The notes beneath the pieces were generated by a model, which searched no databases, was not told where the DNA came from, and saw only the letters and a list, made by a program, of their open reading frames with translations. Below are positions 48,188 to 57,939 of a DNA stretch of 64,000 bases, one piece after another. The stretch is from Myxococcota bacterium. GTDB lineage: Bacteria; Myxococcota_A; SURF-8; G963663525. Positions within the stretch are counted from its first letter, which is position 1, and each line of letters begins with the position of its first letter. The translations under genes were made by a program, and so were the position numbers. The stretch spans positions 18,735 through 82,734 of the forward strand of contig CAXXVK010000059.1 of NCBI GenBank assembly GCA_963676915.2, in the 5' to 3' direction.

Positions 48188-51100
48188 TCAGTTGTCTTTG
48201 CAGCAAAGGACGCCGGAAATATAATCGGGCGCATTGCCGCAACCATCTTCTAATGAACCGGAAACATTTGCAATATGGGTGGCTCCAAGCCAAACCGTGT
48301 CTTGACAGCTTCCCTCGTCAGTAGCATTTCCACAGGCAATCGCTTCGGAACATCTACCACTGGACAAACATCCGTAGGAATCTGAATAAACACATGGATC
48401 ACTGCTTGTGCAATGCGAAGACGCCGCCACGAAAATCCCCTCTCCCGCCGTATCAGAATTGCATTCTGCGGCTGAAATCCGGTCGCTTAGGTCCGCGCTC
48501 AGGCCGTTTCTCATGCAGATATGCCAGCCTTCGGCGCAGAGATCCTCCGCCGTGGGGCAGGTCGCATCCAGGCTGTTTCCGCATGTCGTGTTGCTTCGTG
48601 TGGCGCGCAGGTTGCGGTCGGTGAACTCTCCAGCACAGGAGGCAATATCCGGGAAACGTTCGCCATTCACAAATCCCTCGCGGGTGTTGTCGGAACAGCC
48701 TTCGTAGACCACTTGATCCGTCGTGCGGACGAGGCGGAAACCCATTCCGTATGTTTTTCTTTCGGGTAAATCGTAGGGACGAAACGCGGATCTGCATTCA
48801 TTTGAAGGTCGAGTCCAACTGCCACCGCGCTTCATGCGGCTTGTACCATCGCATTCAGAACTTTCAGGGTCTACGAAATCGTAGGTTTCGTAATTTGCGC
48901 AATATTTATCCCATATCCACTCGAATTCGTTACCCACCATATCAAATAGTCCCCAGGCATTTTCCCTTAATTGTTTTACAGAATGGATAGAACCACTACT
49001 ACTGTACCACCCGATCTGATCCAAGTTTGCGCTCGTTCCATCCATTCCAGCCGCCGTGTGGAAGGCGGTCTGACTTCCAGCCCTGGCGGAATATTCCCAT
49101 TCGGCCTCCGTAGGCAGGCGATATCCTTCGCAGTCTTGGGGTTTATTCACGCCGTTTAAAGCAACCGTGCATTCGTACCCTCCAGTAGTACAGGCTCCAT
49201 CGGAAGATGCACAACCCTCCCCCGGCGTTCCCGTACATTCCGTAAGGATATAGCAAGACGCAAGTCCCGCTTCGGTAGACAAATGGTTGGCGTAAGCCAA
49301 TGCCTCGTACCAGTTGACACGCTCGACCGGGCAGTCGTCGTCGCAATCCGCACCGTCGCCATTGGGACCGAAGTAGCTGGGATTGTTGGCAAATGCCGCA
49401 AACCACTCCCCTTGCGTGACCTCGTGATCCATCATGGTGAAATCATAGGTCAAGGTGACTTCGTGCAGGGTTTCGTCGTCATTGCGCCCGGATTCAGCGG
49501 TACAATCCCCCGATTCCAAAGGACAAGGATCTTCGCCGTTGGGCGATCCCATCCAGAACGTTCCATGCGGCACGTTGACCCAACCGTCGCAGGAGTCGCC
49601 TATACCGTTTCCATCGTAGTCTACCTGGTCGGGGTTTTTCATGGTTGGGCAGTTGTCGGTGGTGTCGGAAATGCCGTCGCGGTCGCCGTCGTCTACGATG
49701 ATATCTCGGACGCAGCGGAAACCGAAGTTAACTCCTGGCTCAATACCTCTATCGGATATTCTGTTATTTGATGCATACCTGATAAAACTTCCACCCCTTA
49801 GCACTCGACTTGACGAGCATTCATCTACTTCCCAGACAGAGCCATTGGTTGGTGCATCTAAATAATTATCTCGATGACAATCCTCCACCCATTCCCAAAC
49901 ATTTCCCAACACATCATACAAGTTCAAACCATTTGGACTTTTCAGTCCCACTGGATGCGTTGTATTATCACTGTTGTCCATGTACCAAGCGATGTTTTCG
50001 ACACAAACATCTTCATCGCCGCAATAATACTTCGTCGTCGTTTCTGCTCTCGCGGCATACTCCCATTCTGCTTCAGAGGGCAGACGCCCCCCGACAGCTT
50101 CACAGAAACTCTTTGCTTCTTGCCAGGTTACACTTTCAACTGGGCAATCCTCCCCGCAATTCTCTCCATCCCCGTTTGGACCAAAATAACTCGGATTCGT
50201 TCCCGTGACCGCTTTGTATTGTGCCTGCGTAACTTCGTACTGCATCATTTCGAATGCAGCCACTTCAACCCTATGGCGTGGGAATTCGTCATCATCACAT
50301 TCCGTATCCCCCGGCGAGCAGCCCATCCAGTAGGTTCCGGCGGGGATTTCAACCCAATTTATACGAAACACATCGCACGCATCCCCCACGCCGTTATTAT
50401 CAAGGTCGTATTGTTCCGGGTTCGCCACCAGCGGGCAGTTGTCGTCGCAGTTTGTATCTTCGGGACCACTGCACGGATGGTCGCCCGAAGCCAGCGAACC
50501 GTCGCCATCGTCGGAGATGCCGTCGCCGTCCGAGTCCAGCGGGTCGCCGCTTGGGTCGGTCAAGGCTCCCAACTGGTGGGACGCTAACGGGTAGTGCAGG
50601 AATTCGTCGGGGGCGAGGGCGCGGTTCATGATGCGGACGGAATCGATGAGGCCATCTACAATCCTCCCAGTATATGCAACATTGTGACGGCCAATGAACA
50701 AAGGTTTATCATTGATACCGATAGACGACAAACCGCATTGAGCTTGAGCGAAGTGATTCCAATCAAAGCCATTGAAAATCGTTTCTCCATCCCAGACGCC
50801 AAGTAGCGCTTCCCAATCGTTGATTGAGACTTCCTCATCTTGGATTTCATTCAGTCCGCAGCTTTCGATTCCACCGTCTCCACGAATCGAGAAACGGGGC
50901 GAACCTTCCGTCGTTCCTGTATCTAAATATAGAGCAAACAGGTTCAGACCCGACGCTTCCGGCTTGGCGACAATCGTCGGATTTTCTTGGCCTCCTGGCC
51001 TGAGATCGTGCATGTAGACAGAAGCTTCCATACTGATTGAACTGGCGAATTGAAAATCTTCCGAGTCGGGAATTTCCACGTAATCATCCACCCCATCGAA

Positions 51101-54091
51101 CTCCAGAGCCGTTCCTTCAAACCCAGCCACCCACTGGGGCGGGCCATCCGTGCCTTCGAGCGTCCCGTTATTCTTATTCACGCTCGAATCTACGGCGATG
51201 CTCCCCACCCCCTCATTGAACCGCCACCAACCCGCGTACCCGGTGCATTCGGAGAGCAGCCCGTAACAAGCTCGGAAATTTTCGCGGTAGGCGTGATGGG
51301 CGAGTTCCACGGGTCGCAGGCTAGCGTCCGAATCGGCCCAGTGCAGCGCGTAACTCAGCCACGAAAACGGCCCGTCGGAGCCGTCCTGGGTGTCCAGAGG
51401 CTCCGTATGCGCCAGGAACCGCACGGTAGGCAGGTTCGGGTGAGCGCGCCGGTAGATGTATTCCGGGGATTTGGCGACCGAGTGGATGAGGACGTCGTCT
51501 AATGCTCCATGGAATGGGACGGAAAAAGAACCGCTGGCATCGTCCGGTTCTGCACCAATGAGCAAAGGAATACTATCGTTATATAAAATTGGACCTGTAA
51601 AATCCGTTGACCCCGCTACAATTCCATTGATATAAACGCTGATCTTCGTTTGGGTAACAACTAAGGCCAAATGACAATATCTTCCGCAACACGAAGAATA
51701 ATCAGCAAATGCCGTAATATAAGAATACTGGTTCCCTTCATTGTTTTTTACACTAAATTTCATTTCTTGCGTTTCGCTCAGATAATATGCACTAAAACCT
51801 CCTCCTTGAGTATTTGAAATTAGGCTTTGTGCGCTTATTGATTCAATGTGCGGCACTTTGGCCCACATTTCGATGGTTAGATAGTGAGTTGGCCGGAATG
51901 CATCATTTGATCCAAGATTTATCATACTTTCGCCATCAAACGCCATCGCCCCTTCGTTATCCCCGAAACTACCCTTGGCCGGTGTCGCTCCGTGGTTTTC
52001 GCCATCATGCTCATTTCCACTCGAATCCAGCGCATTCCCATCCAATTTCCAATACCCCACAACCCCGCAGAAATCCTCGCGGTCGGCGATGTGGGGGATT
52101 TCCGCCGGGTCTACTCCGTCGTATTCAGCAGGGCAAGGCGTGTCCGAATGCGGACGCGGGCCGAGGATTTCGTGGGGGATCAAATGCTCGTCGCTTGCCC
52201 CTGGTAGCTGGTCGCTGGTTTCTGTGATACGGAGGTCGTCGAAGTCGTCCTGCGCGCCGGGGACGTTCTTTGTGCCGTAGGGGGCGCGGGAGTCGTAGTA
52301 GGCGCGGATTTCGTCGGGGGAGAGGGCGCGGTTGAAGAGAATGAAATCATCGACTTTGAAGGAACTGGTCATACTTCCGACTTGTATGCTTCCAACTGTT
52401 GTAGCTGGTGGAGCAGTCGATAGACAACGCTTTCTAAGGATTCCGTTTACAAAAACGGAAATACCTTGACTGTCTCTCGTGCACGCAAGATGTGTCCATG
52501 CTTGATTCGGCACCAAGCCACCTTCCGTCTCGCATTCGATATGGTTTCCCTGATCGTCGTTGTAATCGCATCCCACCCCTTTGTTTTCAATCCGACTGAG
52601 ATCGAAGTTACGATCATAATTCATCGCGAGACCCTTGTGACTGATGCCGCAGCTTCCGTCACCATCAATGATAACCCAGATTCCGATAGTAAAATATGGA
52701 AAATACATTGACGTTGAATCAGAAAAAGACAGATATTGATCGCTATCAATGAATAGTGCCGAATTGTTGTTGGATAAGCGGTCGCTGACGAATGGGGGCG
52801 CACCATACATCGTAATAGGTGCAGCATTTCCGCTTGCGTCTTCCCCATTCCCATCGAACTTCCAATATCCCACCACGGAATCGTCCAGAATGCCGTTGAC
52901 GAGCGGCAGCTCCACCGGTTCGTTCGTGCGTCTCCAAGTGGAATTTTCGCCATTTTCCGAGAGCGTGACCGCCCTTTGAGCGCCGAATTCCGCACTGTGG
53001 AGGCTCCAGACGTCGCAGAGACTCGGATCGTTGTCCGGGTTCCAGACCGTCGGGCAGGTGTCGGCTTCTACCGGATCGCAGTCCGGCGAAAAACACAGGC
53101 CGTCGTGGTCGTAGTCGGGCACGGCTTCCAGGCAGTTGCCCTCGTGCATAAACGCCCCGGCCTCGGTGTCGCAGACCTCGCATAAATCGCCCGACCAGCG
53201 TTGATCACAATTCGTACAAGTACCATCGCCAACGCAGGTTCCGCCGTGCTGGCAGGTGTAGCTCGTTCCCTCGCACGCACCTCCGGCGCTGCAGGCGTCG
53301 TCGGTGCTGCACGAGTCGCCGTCGTCGCAGGGGCCGGTGGTCAGGATGGTCCAGGCGTCGTCGTGGTTCAATGGCGAGCAGATGCGGCAGGAATCGTCGC
53401 CCGACAAGCCTTGCAGCGCGTTTTCTTCAACACAGGTGGAATCGATATAGCAGCCGGAAAGGATTTCGTCCACCACGCAAGCCCCGGACTCGCAGACTTC
53501 GGCGACGCAATCCGTTCCATCGGCATCGCAGGTGTTTTGGTCGTCGTTGAGTTCCACGCAGTCGTTTTCGACGCACGCAAGACTCGTACAGGGATTTGCA
53601 TCCTCGGTAACATCCTCGCAGCCCGTCTCATCGATGCAATCGACACACGCCCCGCTCAAACATTGGTCCTGTGCGCCGCAGGCGGTGCCGTCCTCGACGG
53701 GCGAGCAGCCGTCCGGGCAGCAGGTCGAAACGCCGGAACAGGCGCATTCCGGCTCGGTTTCTTCCGTTAGGTCATCGAGGTCGGCATCTTGTTCCGTCGT
53801 GTCGTCTTCCGTGGCGTCGTCGAGATCGGTATCCGGGATTTCGTTCACATCCAAATCCGTGTCGGCATCGCTTTCACCGGGATCATCGGTTTCATCATCC
53901 AGGTTTTCCAAATCCACGTCACCGTCACCCATGCAGGATTCCAAGCACACGCCGTCACAGCACTCCAACTCGCCCTTGCAGGTTCCGTTGCCGAAGCAAG
54001 GTTGCCCTAAACTTCCGAGATCATTTATGAACCAGTCGCAGCCGGAGAGAAAAAGAGCCACCATTGCCACAAAAACCACGCTTCGGTTCAT
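48188..54091 (-). CDS. Giant surface lipoprotein: Cys-rich repeats, three LamG, TSP3 repeats, two FGE-sulfatase (C-type lectin fold) domains
   Basis: LSGC lipobox; GYW(K/R).D/E motifs; DNCP..NP.Q.D; RLP(S/T)EAEWEY, GN..EW, RGGS, GFR twice. Confidence 0.88.
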   Translation of the reverse strand: MNRSVVFVAMVALFLSGCDWFINDLGSLGQPCFGNGTCKGELECCDGVCLESCMGDGDVDLENLDDETDDPGESDADTDLDVNEIPDTDLDDATEDDTTEQDADLDDLTEETEPECACSGVSTCCPDGCSPVEDGTACGAQDQCLSGACVDCIDETGCEDVTEDANPCTSLACVENDCVELNDDQNTCDADGTDCVAEVCESGACVVDEILSGCYIDSTCVEENALQGLSGDDSCRICSPLNHDDAWTILTTGPCDDGDSCSTDDACSAGGACEGTSYTCQHGGTCVGDGTCTNCDQRWSGDLCEVCDTEAGAFMHEGNCLEAVPDYDHDGLCFSPDCDPVEADTCPTVWNPDNDPSLCDVWSLHSAEFGAQRAVTLSENGENSTWRRTNEPVELPLVNGILDDSVVGYWKFDGNGEDASGNAAPITMYGAPPFVSDRLSNNNSALFIDSDQYLSFSDSTSMYFPYFTIGIWVIIDGDGSCGISHKGLAMNYDRNFDLSRIENKGVGCDYNDDQGNHIECETEGGLVPNQAWTHLACTRDSQGISVFVNGILRKRCLSTAPPATTVGSIQVGSMTSSFKVDDFILFNRALSPDEIRAYYDSRAPYGTKNVPGAQDDFDDLRITETSDQLPGASDEHLIPHEILGPRPHSDTPCPAEYDGVDPAEIPHIADREDFCGVVGYWKLDGNALDSSGNEHDGENHGATPAKGSFGDNEGAMAFDGESMINLGSNDAFRPTHYLTIEMWAKVPHIESISAQSLISNTQGGGFSAYYLSETQEMKFSVKNNEGNQYSYITAFADYSSCCGRYCHLALVVTQTKISVYINGIVAGSTDFTGPILYNDSIPLLIGAEPDDASGSFSVPFHGALDDVLIHSVAKSPEYIYRRAHPNLPTVRFLAHTEPLDTQDGSDGPFSWLSYALHWADSDASLRPVELAHHAYRENFRACYGLLSECTGYAGWWRFNEGVGSIAVDSSVNKNNGTLEGTDGPPQWVAGFEGTALEFDGVDDYVEIPDSEDFQFASSISMEASVYMHDLRPGGQENPTIVAKPEASGLNLFALYLDTGTTEGSPRFSIRGDGGIESCGLNEIQDEEVSINDWEALLGVWDGETIFNGFDWNHFAQAQCGLSSIGINDKPLFIGRHNVAYTGRIVDGLIDSVRIMNRALAPDEFLHYPLASHQLGALTDPSGDPLDSDGDGISDDGDGSLASGDHPCSGPEDTNCDDNCPLVANPEQYDLDNNGVGDACDVFRINWVEIPAGTYWMGCSPGDTECDDDEFPRHRVEVAAFEMMQYEVTQAQYKAVTGTNPSYFGPNGDGENCGEDCPVESVTWQEAKSFCEAVGGRLPSEAEWEYAARAETTTKYYCGDEDVCVENIAWYMDNSDNTTHPVGLKSPNGLNLYDVLGNVWEWVEDCHRDNYLDAPTNGSVWEVDECSSSRVLRGGSFIRYASNNRISDRGIEPGVNFGFRCVRDIIVDDGDRDGISDTTDNCPTMKNPDQVDYDGNGIGDSCDGWVNVPHGTFWMGSPNGEDPCPLESGDCTAESGRNDDETLHEVTLTYDFTMMDHEVTQGEWFAAFANNPSYFGPNGDGADCDDDCPVERVNWYEALAYANHLSTEAGLASCYILTECTGTPGEGCASSDGACTTGGYECTVALNGVNKPQDCEGYRLPTEAEWEYSARAGSQTAFHTAAGMDGTSANLDQIGWYSSSGSIHSVKQLRENAWGLFDMVGNEFEWIWDKYCANYETYDFVDPESSECDGTSRMKRGGSWTRPSNECRSAFRPYDLPERKTYGMGFRLVRTTDQVVYEGCSDNTREGFVNGERFPDIASCAGEFTDRNLRATRSNTTCGNSLDATCPTAEDLCAEGWHICMRNGLSADLSDRISAAECNSDTAGEGIFVAASSHCTSSDPCVYSDSYGCLSSGRCSEAIACGNATDEGSCQDTVWLGATHIANVSGSLEDGCGNAPDYISGVLCCKDN

Positions 54092-54092
54092 C

Positions 54093-55127
54093 TCACCACC
54101 TCCCCGAAAGCGTTACGGCCATGCCACGACCATCCGGACCAGGAACTACCGATACAGTTTGCTTTTTTGTACTTTCGGAATCACCGGGATCCAATACCCA
54201 TAGCGTCACACCCGTGATCATGGCTGCTGCACCCAGGCTGTAACCGGCAATTGCTGCGCCTGTCCAAGAGTGACTTTTGCGCTCATCGCTGGCTTTTCCT
54301 GTAAAATTGTAATTGTCTCCGGCCTCCTTGGCCTGCCAGGTGGCAATCCCGCCAAAAGCTACAAGACCCACGCCGGAAAAGAAGGTGGCATACGCTGCCG
54401 TTCGATAAGGATTGAACGGAACGGGCTTTAGGGCAGTTTGAATCTCCGTACGCTCGCCGGGTTTGAGTTCTATTAGACGCTTTTCAGAAAAATAACCGCT
54501 ACGAGACACCTCGACGGTATAGTTTCCTTCCAGTAACGGATGCGTAAGTGGAGTTTCGCCGACGGTCTTGCCATCGATGACGACTTTTGAGCCATTCGGG
54601 GTGACGGAAACCACGAGAGATCCCGGCTGATCGGAAAGTTTGACGCCGAAAAGCTCCGCTACTGCAAAGGGAATCGCTACGACGAGGCTGTCGATGTCAC
54701 CCGTAACCTGACGACTGGAACGAGAAACAACCTCCGCTGTGCGCACGTTGATGCGCCGAAGGTTGAGCATCCAGATCGCACCCAAGCGTCCGATATCGCC
54801 ACTGACCGCTTCTGGAACTCCCAAGGCCGCACCGATTTCCACGAGGCAGGAGGTATCTTCCACGCCACATTCCTGGCGTTTTTCTTCTCCCATCAGAATC
54901 GTGTGAATGTCCGATTCGGAGATGACTTTCGAACCGGAGTATTTGTCCACCTGATTGGCGACGTAGTTCGAGATCAGGTTTACATCCTCGTTCATAACCC
55001 CTTGATTGGCGACGAGTTTCCATACGACGATACCGGAACGGTTTTTCGTTTCAGCCATCACTGGAGTGATCTGTCCTACCAAGAACGTAAATACGGCAAC
55101 CGCTGTCAGTCCAACGAATAATTTCAT
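54093..55127 (-). CDS. CsgG/DUF2380-like plus PEGA domain protein ending GRW
   Basis: EIGAALGVPEAVSGD motif; PEGA P.G..V.IDG..G.TP..G.Y.V..GY; paralog of 7900-8769. Confidence 0.8.
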   Translation of the reverse strand: MKLFVGLTAVAVFTFLVGQITPVMAETKNRSGIVVWKLVANQGVMNEDVNLISNYVANQVDKYSGSKVISESDIHTILMGEEKRQECGVEDTSCLVEIGAALGVPEAVSGDIGRLGAIWMLNLRRINVRTAEVVSRSSRQVTGDIDSLVVAIPFAVAELFGVKLSDQPGSLVVSVTPNGSKVVIDGKTVGETPLTHPLLEGNYTVEVSRSGYFSEKRLIELKPGERTEIQTALKPVPFNPYRTAAYATFFSGVGLVAFGGIATWQAKEAGDNYNFTGKASDERKSHSWTGAAIAGYSLGAAAMITGVTLWVLDPGDSESTKKQTVSVVPGPDGRGMAVTLSGRW

Positions 55128-55541
55128 CGCTATCAACCCTGTCCGTTTCCGGATGATCTTGAAAAACATAGTGATTTCGTGCAATATGGCAGGTCGAATA
55201 TACCACAAAAAGGAAGGGCTTCAAGAAGATTCAAGGAGAGGTTGAACCCTACTTCATGGATCGGTACGACAAAATCCATCCGAAAGACTGAAAAGCCAGT
55301 GAAAGATCTGGAATCCCTATTAACGTTGTCCAATTGTCTCAAAAGTAAAATCGATGAACATTTAATAATACATTGATATTAGTGGCCTTTTTTGTTTACC
55401 TCTCGCAAGGTTACTTTTCCGCAATTGCTATAGGCAGACAATCCACCCAAATCCGTAACCACTAAAAGAAGAGCCTTGCGCTCTTCCCGCCGCAGGAGTG
55501 TGGCAGCTGGTGGGATCGTTGGTGGTAGATTTGGGGCAGTT

Positions 55542-55646
55542 TCAGGATTTCTTCAAACGTTTCGTGGCACGGTCGAACAGTTTTCCGGCGAGAATCACCG
55601 CCGCTTGCAAGACCGCTGCTTTCAGTACTTGGATGGCACCATTCAC
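55542..55646 (-). CDS. 34-aa amphipathic peptide
   Basis: Read manually: GTG overlapping upstream TGA, GAGGAG RBS, MNGAIQVLKAAVLQAAVILAGKLFDRATKRLKKS. Confidence 0.5.
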   Translation of the reverse strand: MNGAIQVLKAAVLQAAVILAGKLFDRATKRLKKS

Positions 55647-55897
55647 GTGGGATTCTCCTCGCTGGGTGTTATGGTGATGTCGGCACCGTTCGTTGCGTTG
55701 GTGTGCCGATCGAATGTATTGCCGACCAGTCCGCCGATGGCGCCACCCACCGCCGATCCGACGGATCCAGCGACCCGTGCGCCAATGGACGCCAGCACTC
55801 CTGCGCCGACAGCGGCGTATTTGTTGTCGTTGACGATGGCGAGAACACCTTCCCGCGCCTCGTCAAGATCCAACGGCTGTTTCTTCAAATCATGCAT
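55643..55897 (-). CDS. Glycine-zipper small membrane protein
   Basis: GSVGSAVGGAIGGLVG; AGGAG RBS. Confidence 0.7.
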   Translation of the reverse strand: MHDLKKQPLDLDEAREGVLAIVNDNKYAAVGAGVLASIGARVAGSVGSAVGGAIGGLVGNTFDRHTNATNGADITITPSEENPT

Positions 55898-55925
55898 TCG
55901 CTCTCCTATCTATAAGGTATTGTAG

Positions 55926-56633
55926 CTACTCGGTCATGATGCCAAACGTGGAGCAATCCACGGCGATCTTGCGCGGAAGCGGCTGTCCCAAGGCGTGTTT
56001 CTTTACGAGGATCGCTACCAGCGCACCGGTGAGCATGGAGTTGTAGATCACCGCCCGCGCCGTGCAAGGCAGCTGCATCGACTCCCCCGCAGGATGCAAA
56101 GTTTCTTCGTAAGCCTGTACCCCTAGCAGATCGCCATGGGATTTCGCGGTGTAGATCACGATGTATTCGCCTCCTTGGCGTGGGTCGATGATCGTGATGG
56201 GTCGTGCCCGGCTTCCCTGGGATTTGGCTTGTTCCCAGATCGTCCGGCGGGCCTCCATGTTGTCCACGCTGGAGATGACCAGGCGCTTGGGATCGTCGTG
56301 GCCGAGGGGTTGATCGGTGTATCGCTGATTGAACTGGCCGGGAAGCGTTTGGGTCAGACGAGTGACTTCACAAGCCAGCGCAACGACTTTCGGACGCGTG
56401 AGGTGTTCGGCACCGAAGATCTGATTGCTGATGTTGTGCGGCTCGACCGTATCGTTGTCGTAGATGTCGACGTCCAAGCAACCCATCTTGGCCAGCGCCA
56501 GTGTGGTGTAGCTGCCGGATGCCCCTGCACCAATGATGGTGATAGGAAAATCCAGCTTGTCGGGGTGGATGATGTCGAGCTGGCGGTGAAACTGGGTATC
56601 GAGGGTGGTACGATCCATGTTGCTTTGATCCAT
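55926..56633 (-). CDS. E1-like ThiF-family adenylyltransferase
   Basis: RQ.D, IIGAGASGS, D.D.VE.HN..NQ, K, VDN..AR, DPR, candidate catalytic Cys in LPCTAR. Confidence 0.9.
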   Translation of the reverse strand: MDQSNMDRTTLDTQFHRQLDIIHPDKLDFPITIIGAGASGSYTTLALAKMGCLDVDIYDNDTVEPHNISNQIFGAEHLTRPKVVALACEVTRLTQTLPGQFNQRYTDQPLGHDDPKRLVISSVDNMEARRTIWEQAKSQGSRARPITIIDPRQGGEYIVIYTAKSHGDLLGVQAYEETLHPAGESMQLPCTARAVIYNSMLTGALVAILVKKHALGQPLPRKIAVDCSTFGIMTE

Positions 56634-56644
56634 GGCAGATCCTT

Positions 56645-56998
56645 TCAGTGGTTACGCTTTTTGATCTCCGGGATTTCGGAAAGCGGCTTGGGTGTGAAGT
56701 GGATGTCACGTTCGATGGCTTGTAGGCCAGGAATGCGCTTGCCGTTGATACGGGCTTCCAGGGATTCGAGTTCCTTCAGACTGAAATAGCCGAGTTCACC
56801 GCAGCCAGGATGGATTTCGGCCCAGCCGAAGCAGGTGTCGCCGCTATCGTGGTCGAACTCGGTCAAGTACCATACTCCGCTGGAACCATAGGCATAGAAC
56901 CAACGAGCATATGCGATGGCATCCATGCCCTTGCCGTCTTGGGCATACAGCGCCGGAAGTCGTTTACGAATCTCTTTCGTCAACAGTTTCTGTTTCAT
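56645..56998 (-). CDS. DUF2958-like protein
   Basis: LP.LYAQ..WYLTE.D..FG..ELGYFSL.EL..IERD.HF.P..L. Confidence 0.8.
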   Translation of the reverse strand: MKQKLLTKEIRKRLPALYAQDGKGMDAIAYARWFYAYGSSGVWYLTEFDHDSGDTCFGWAEIHPGCGELGYFSLKELESLEARINGKRIPGLQAIERDIHFTPKPLSEIPEIKKRNH

Positions 56999-57009
56999 CG
57001 GTATTTCTC

Positions 57010-57939
57010 CTACAATCCGGGATACTCCGTGAAATATCCCCATTCACCGAGTACCTGCAGCACCGACCACGGATCGACTTCGCGGCCATCGCCACCGAGA
57101 ATTCCATCAAGGAGTCCCCAGAAATCCTCCAGGTCGCCCTGCCAGTTTTCGATGTCATCGAGCAGCTCTGCAGCTTGATCGGAGGTCAATCCGACCTGCT
57201 GCAACTCGGTCAAAATGTCGTCGTCGGGTGGAGTGTTGCCGGTATGTTCGGCAAAACGGCGGTTCGGACCGCAACCAAGGCCGAACTTTTCATCCGGCCA
57301 GAGCAATCCCCAGGGCGCGACGGACGTATTGACTTTTTCGTGCAACTCCTTCTCCAAGGCTTCATCGCGCTCCACACTGGAAAGGAAGCCGAGCTTGACC
57401 TGATCGACGGTGATACGCCAGGGATGGTACAAGTCCAATCGGGCGCGGAAATGACCGGCCTTGTTCGTCACGATGCTGATCAGCCAGTCGCCGTTGTCCA
57501 TTTGTTCGATGGTATCCGTGTCTTCCGACGACCAGAAGCAGTCCATGTCGGCATGGCTATGCGCCCAACAACGGAGATCGGATACATCGTACCCAGCTTT
57601 TACAAGTTCGGTCATCAGCATCCCCATGGATTCACGATCGGGACTGGTGTGGGAATTCGTACAGATCTGTTCCGGCAGGAAGAATTTCTTCACGACAATG
57701 GCACCGGAATCTTTGTCTATCTCCGTGACTCCGAAGCAGGAGAATTCTCCCCGCGCCGCCTGTGTCCAGACACGAATCTGCTTTTCAGCTTCAGCCGACA
57801 GCAGCACTTTCGGGGTTCGGTCGGAAATCTTCCGTTTCGTCTCCATCGGTTTCTTCGTCGTCTTCGTCATCTTCGTCGGCCCAGGCTTGGCACTCGTCTC
57901 GGTGCGGACAGTCCGGGCATTCGGGTTCGTTTTGTTCAC
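57010..57939 (-). CDS. JAB/MPN (JAMM) metallo-isopeptidase
   Basis: GEFS, P.Q, WAHSH..M..FWS..D..TI; start uncertain (GTG 57939 or ATG 57846). Confidence 0.88.
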   Translation of the reverse strand: MNKTNPNARTVRTETSAKPGPTKMTKTTKKPMETKRKISDRTPKVLLSAEAEKQIRVWTQAARGEFSCFGVTEIDKDSGAIVVKKFFLPEQICTNSHTSPDRESMGMLMTELVKAGYDVSDLRCWAHSHADMDCFWSSEDTDTIEQMDNGDWLISIVTNKAGHFRARLDLYHPWRITVDQVKLGFLSSVERDEALEKELHEKVNTSVAPWGLLWPDEKFGLGCGPNRRFAEHTGNTPPDDDILTELQQVGLTSDQAAELLDDIENWQGDLEDFWGLLDGILGGDGREVDPWSVLQVLGEWGYFTEYPGL

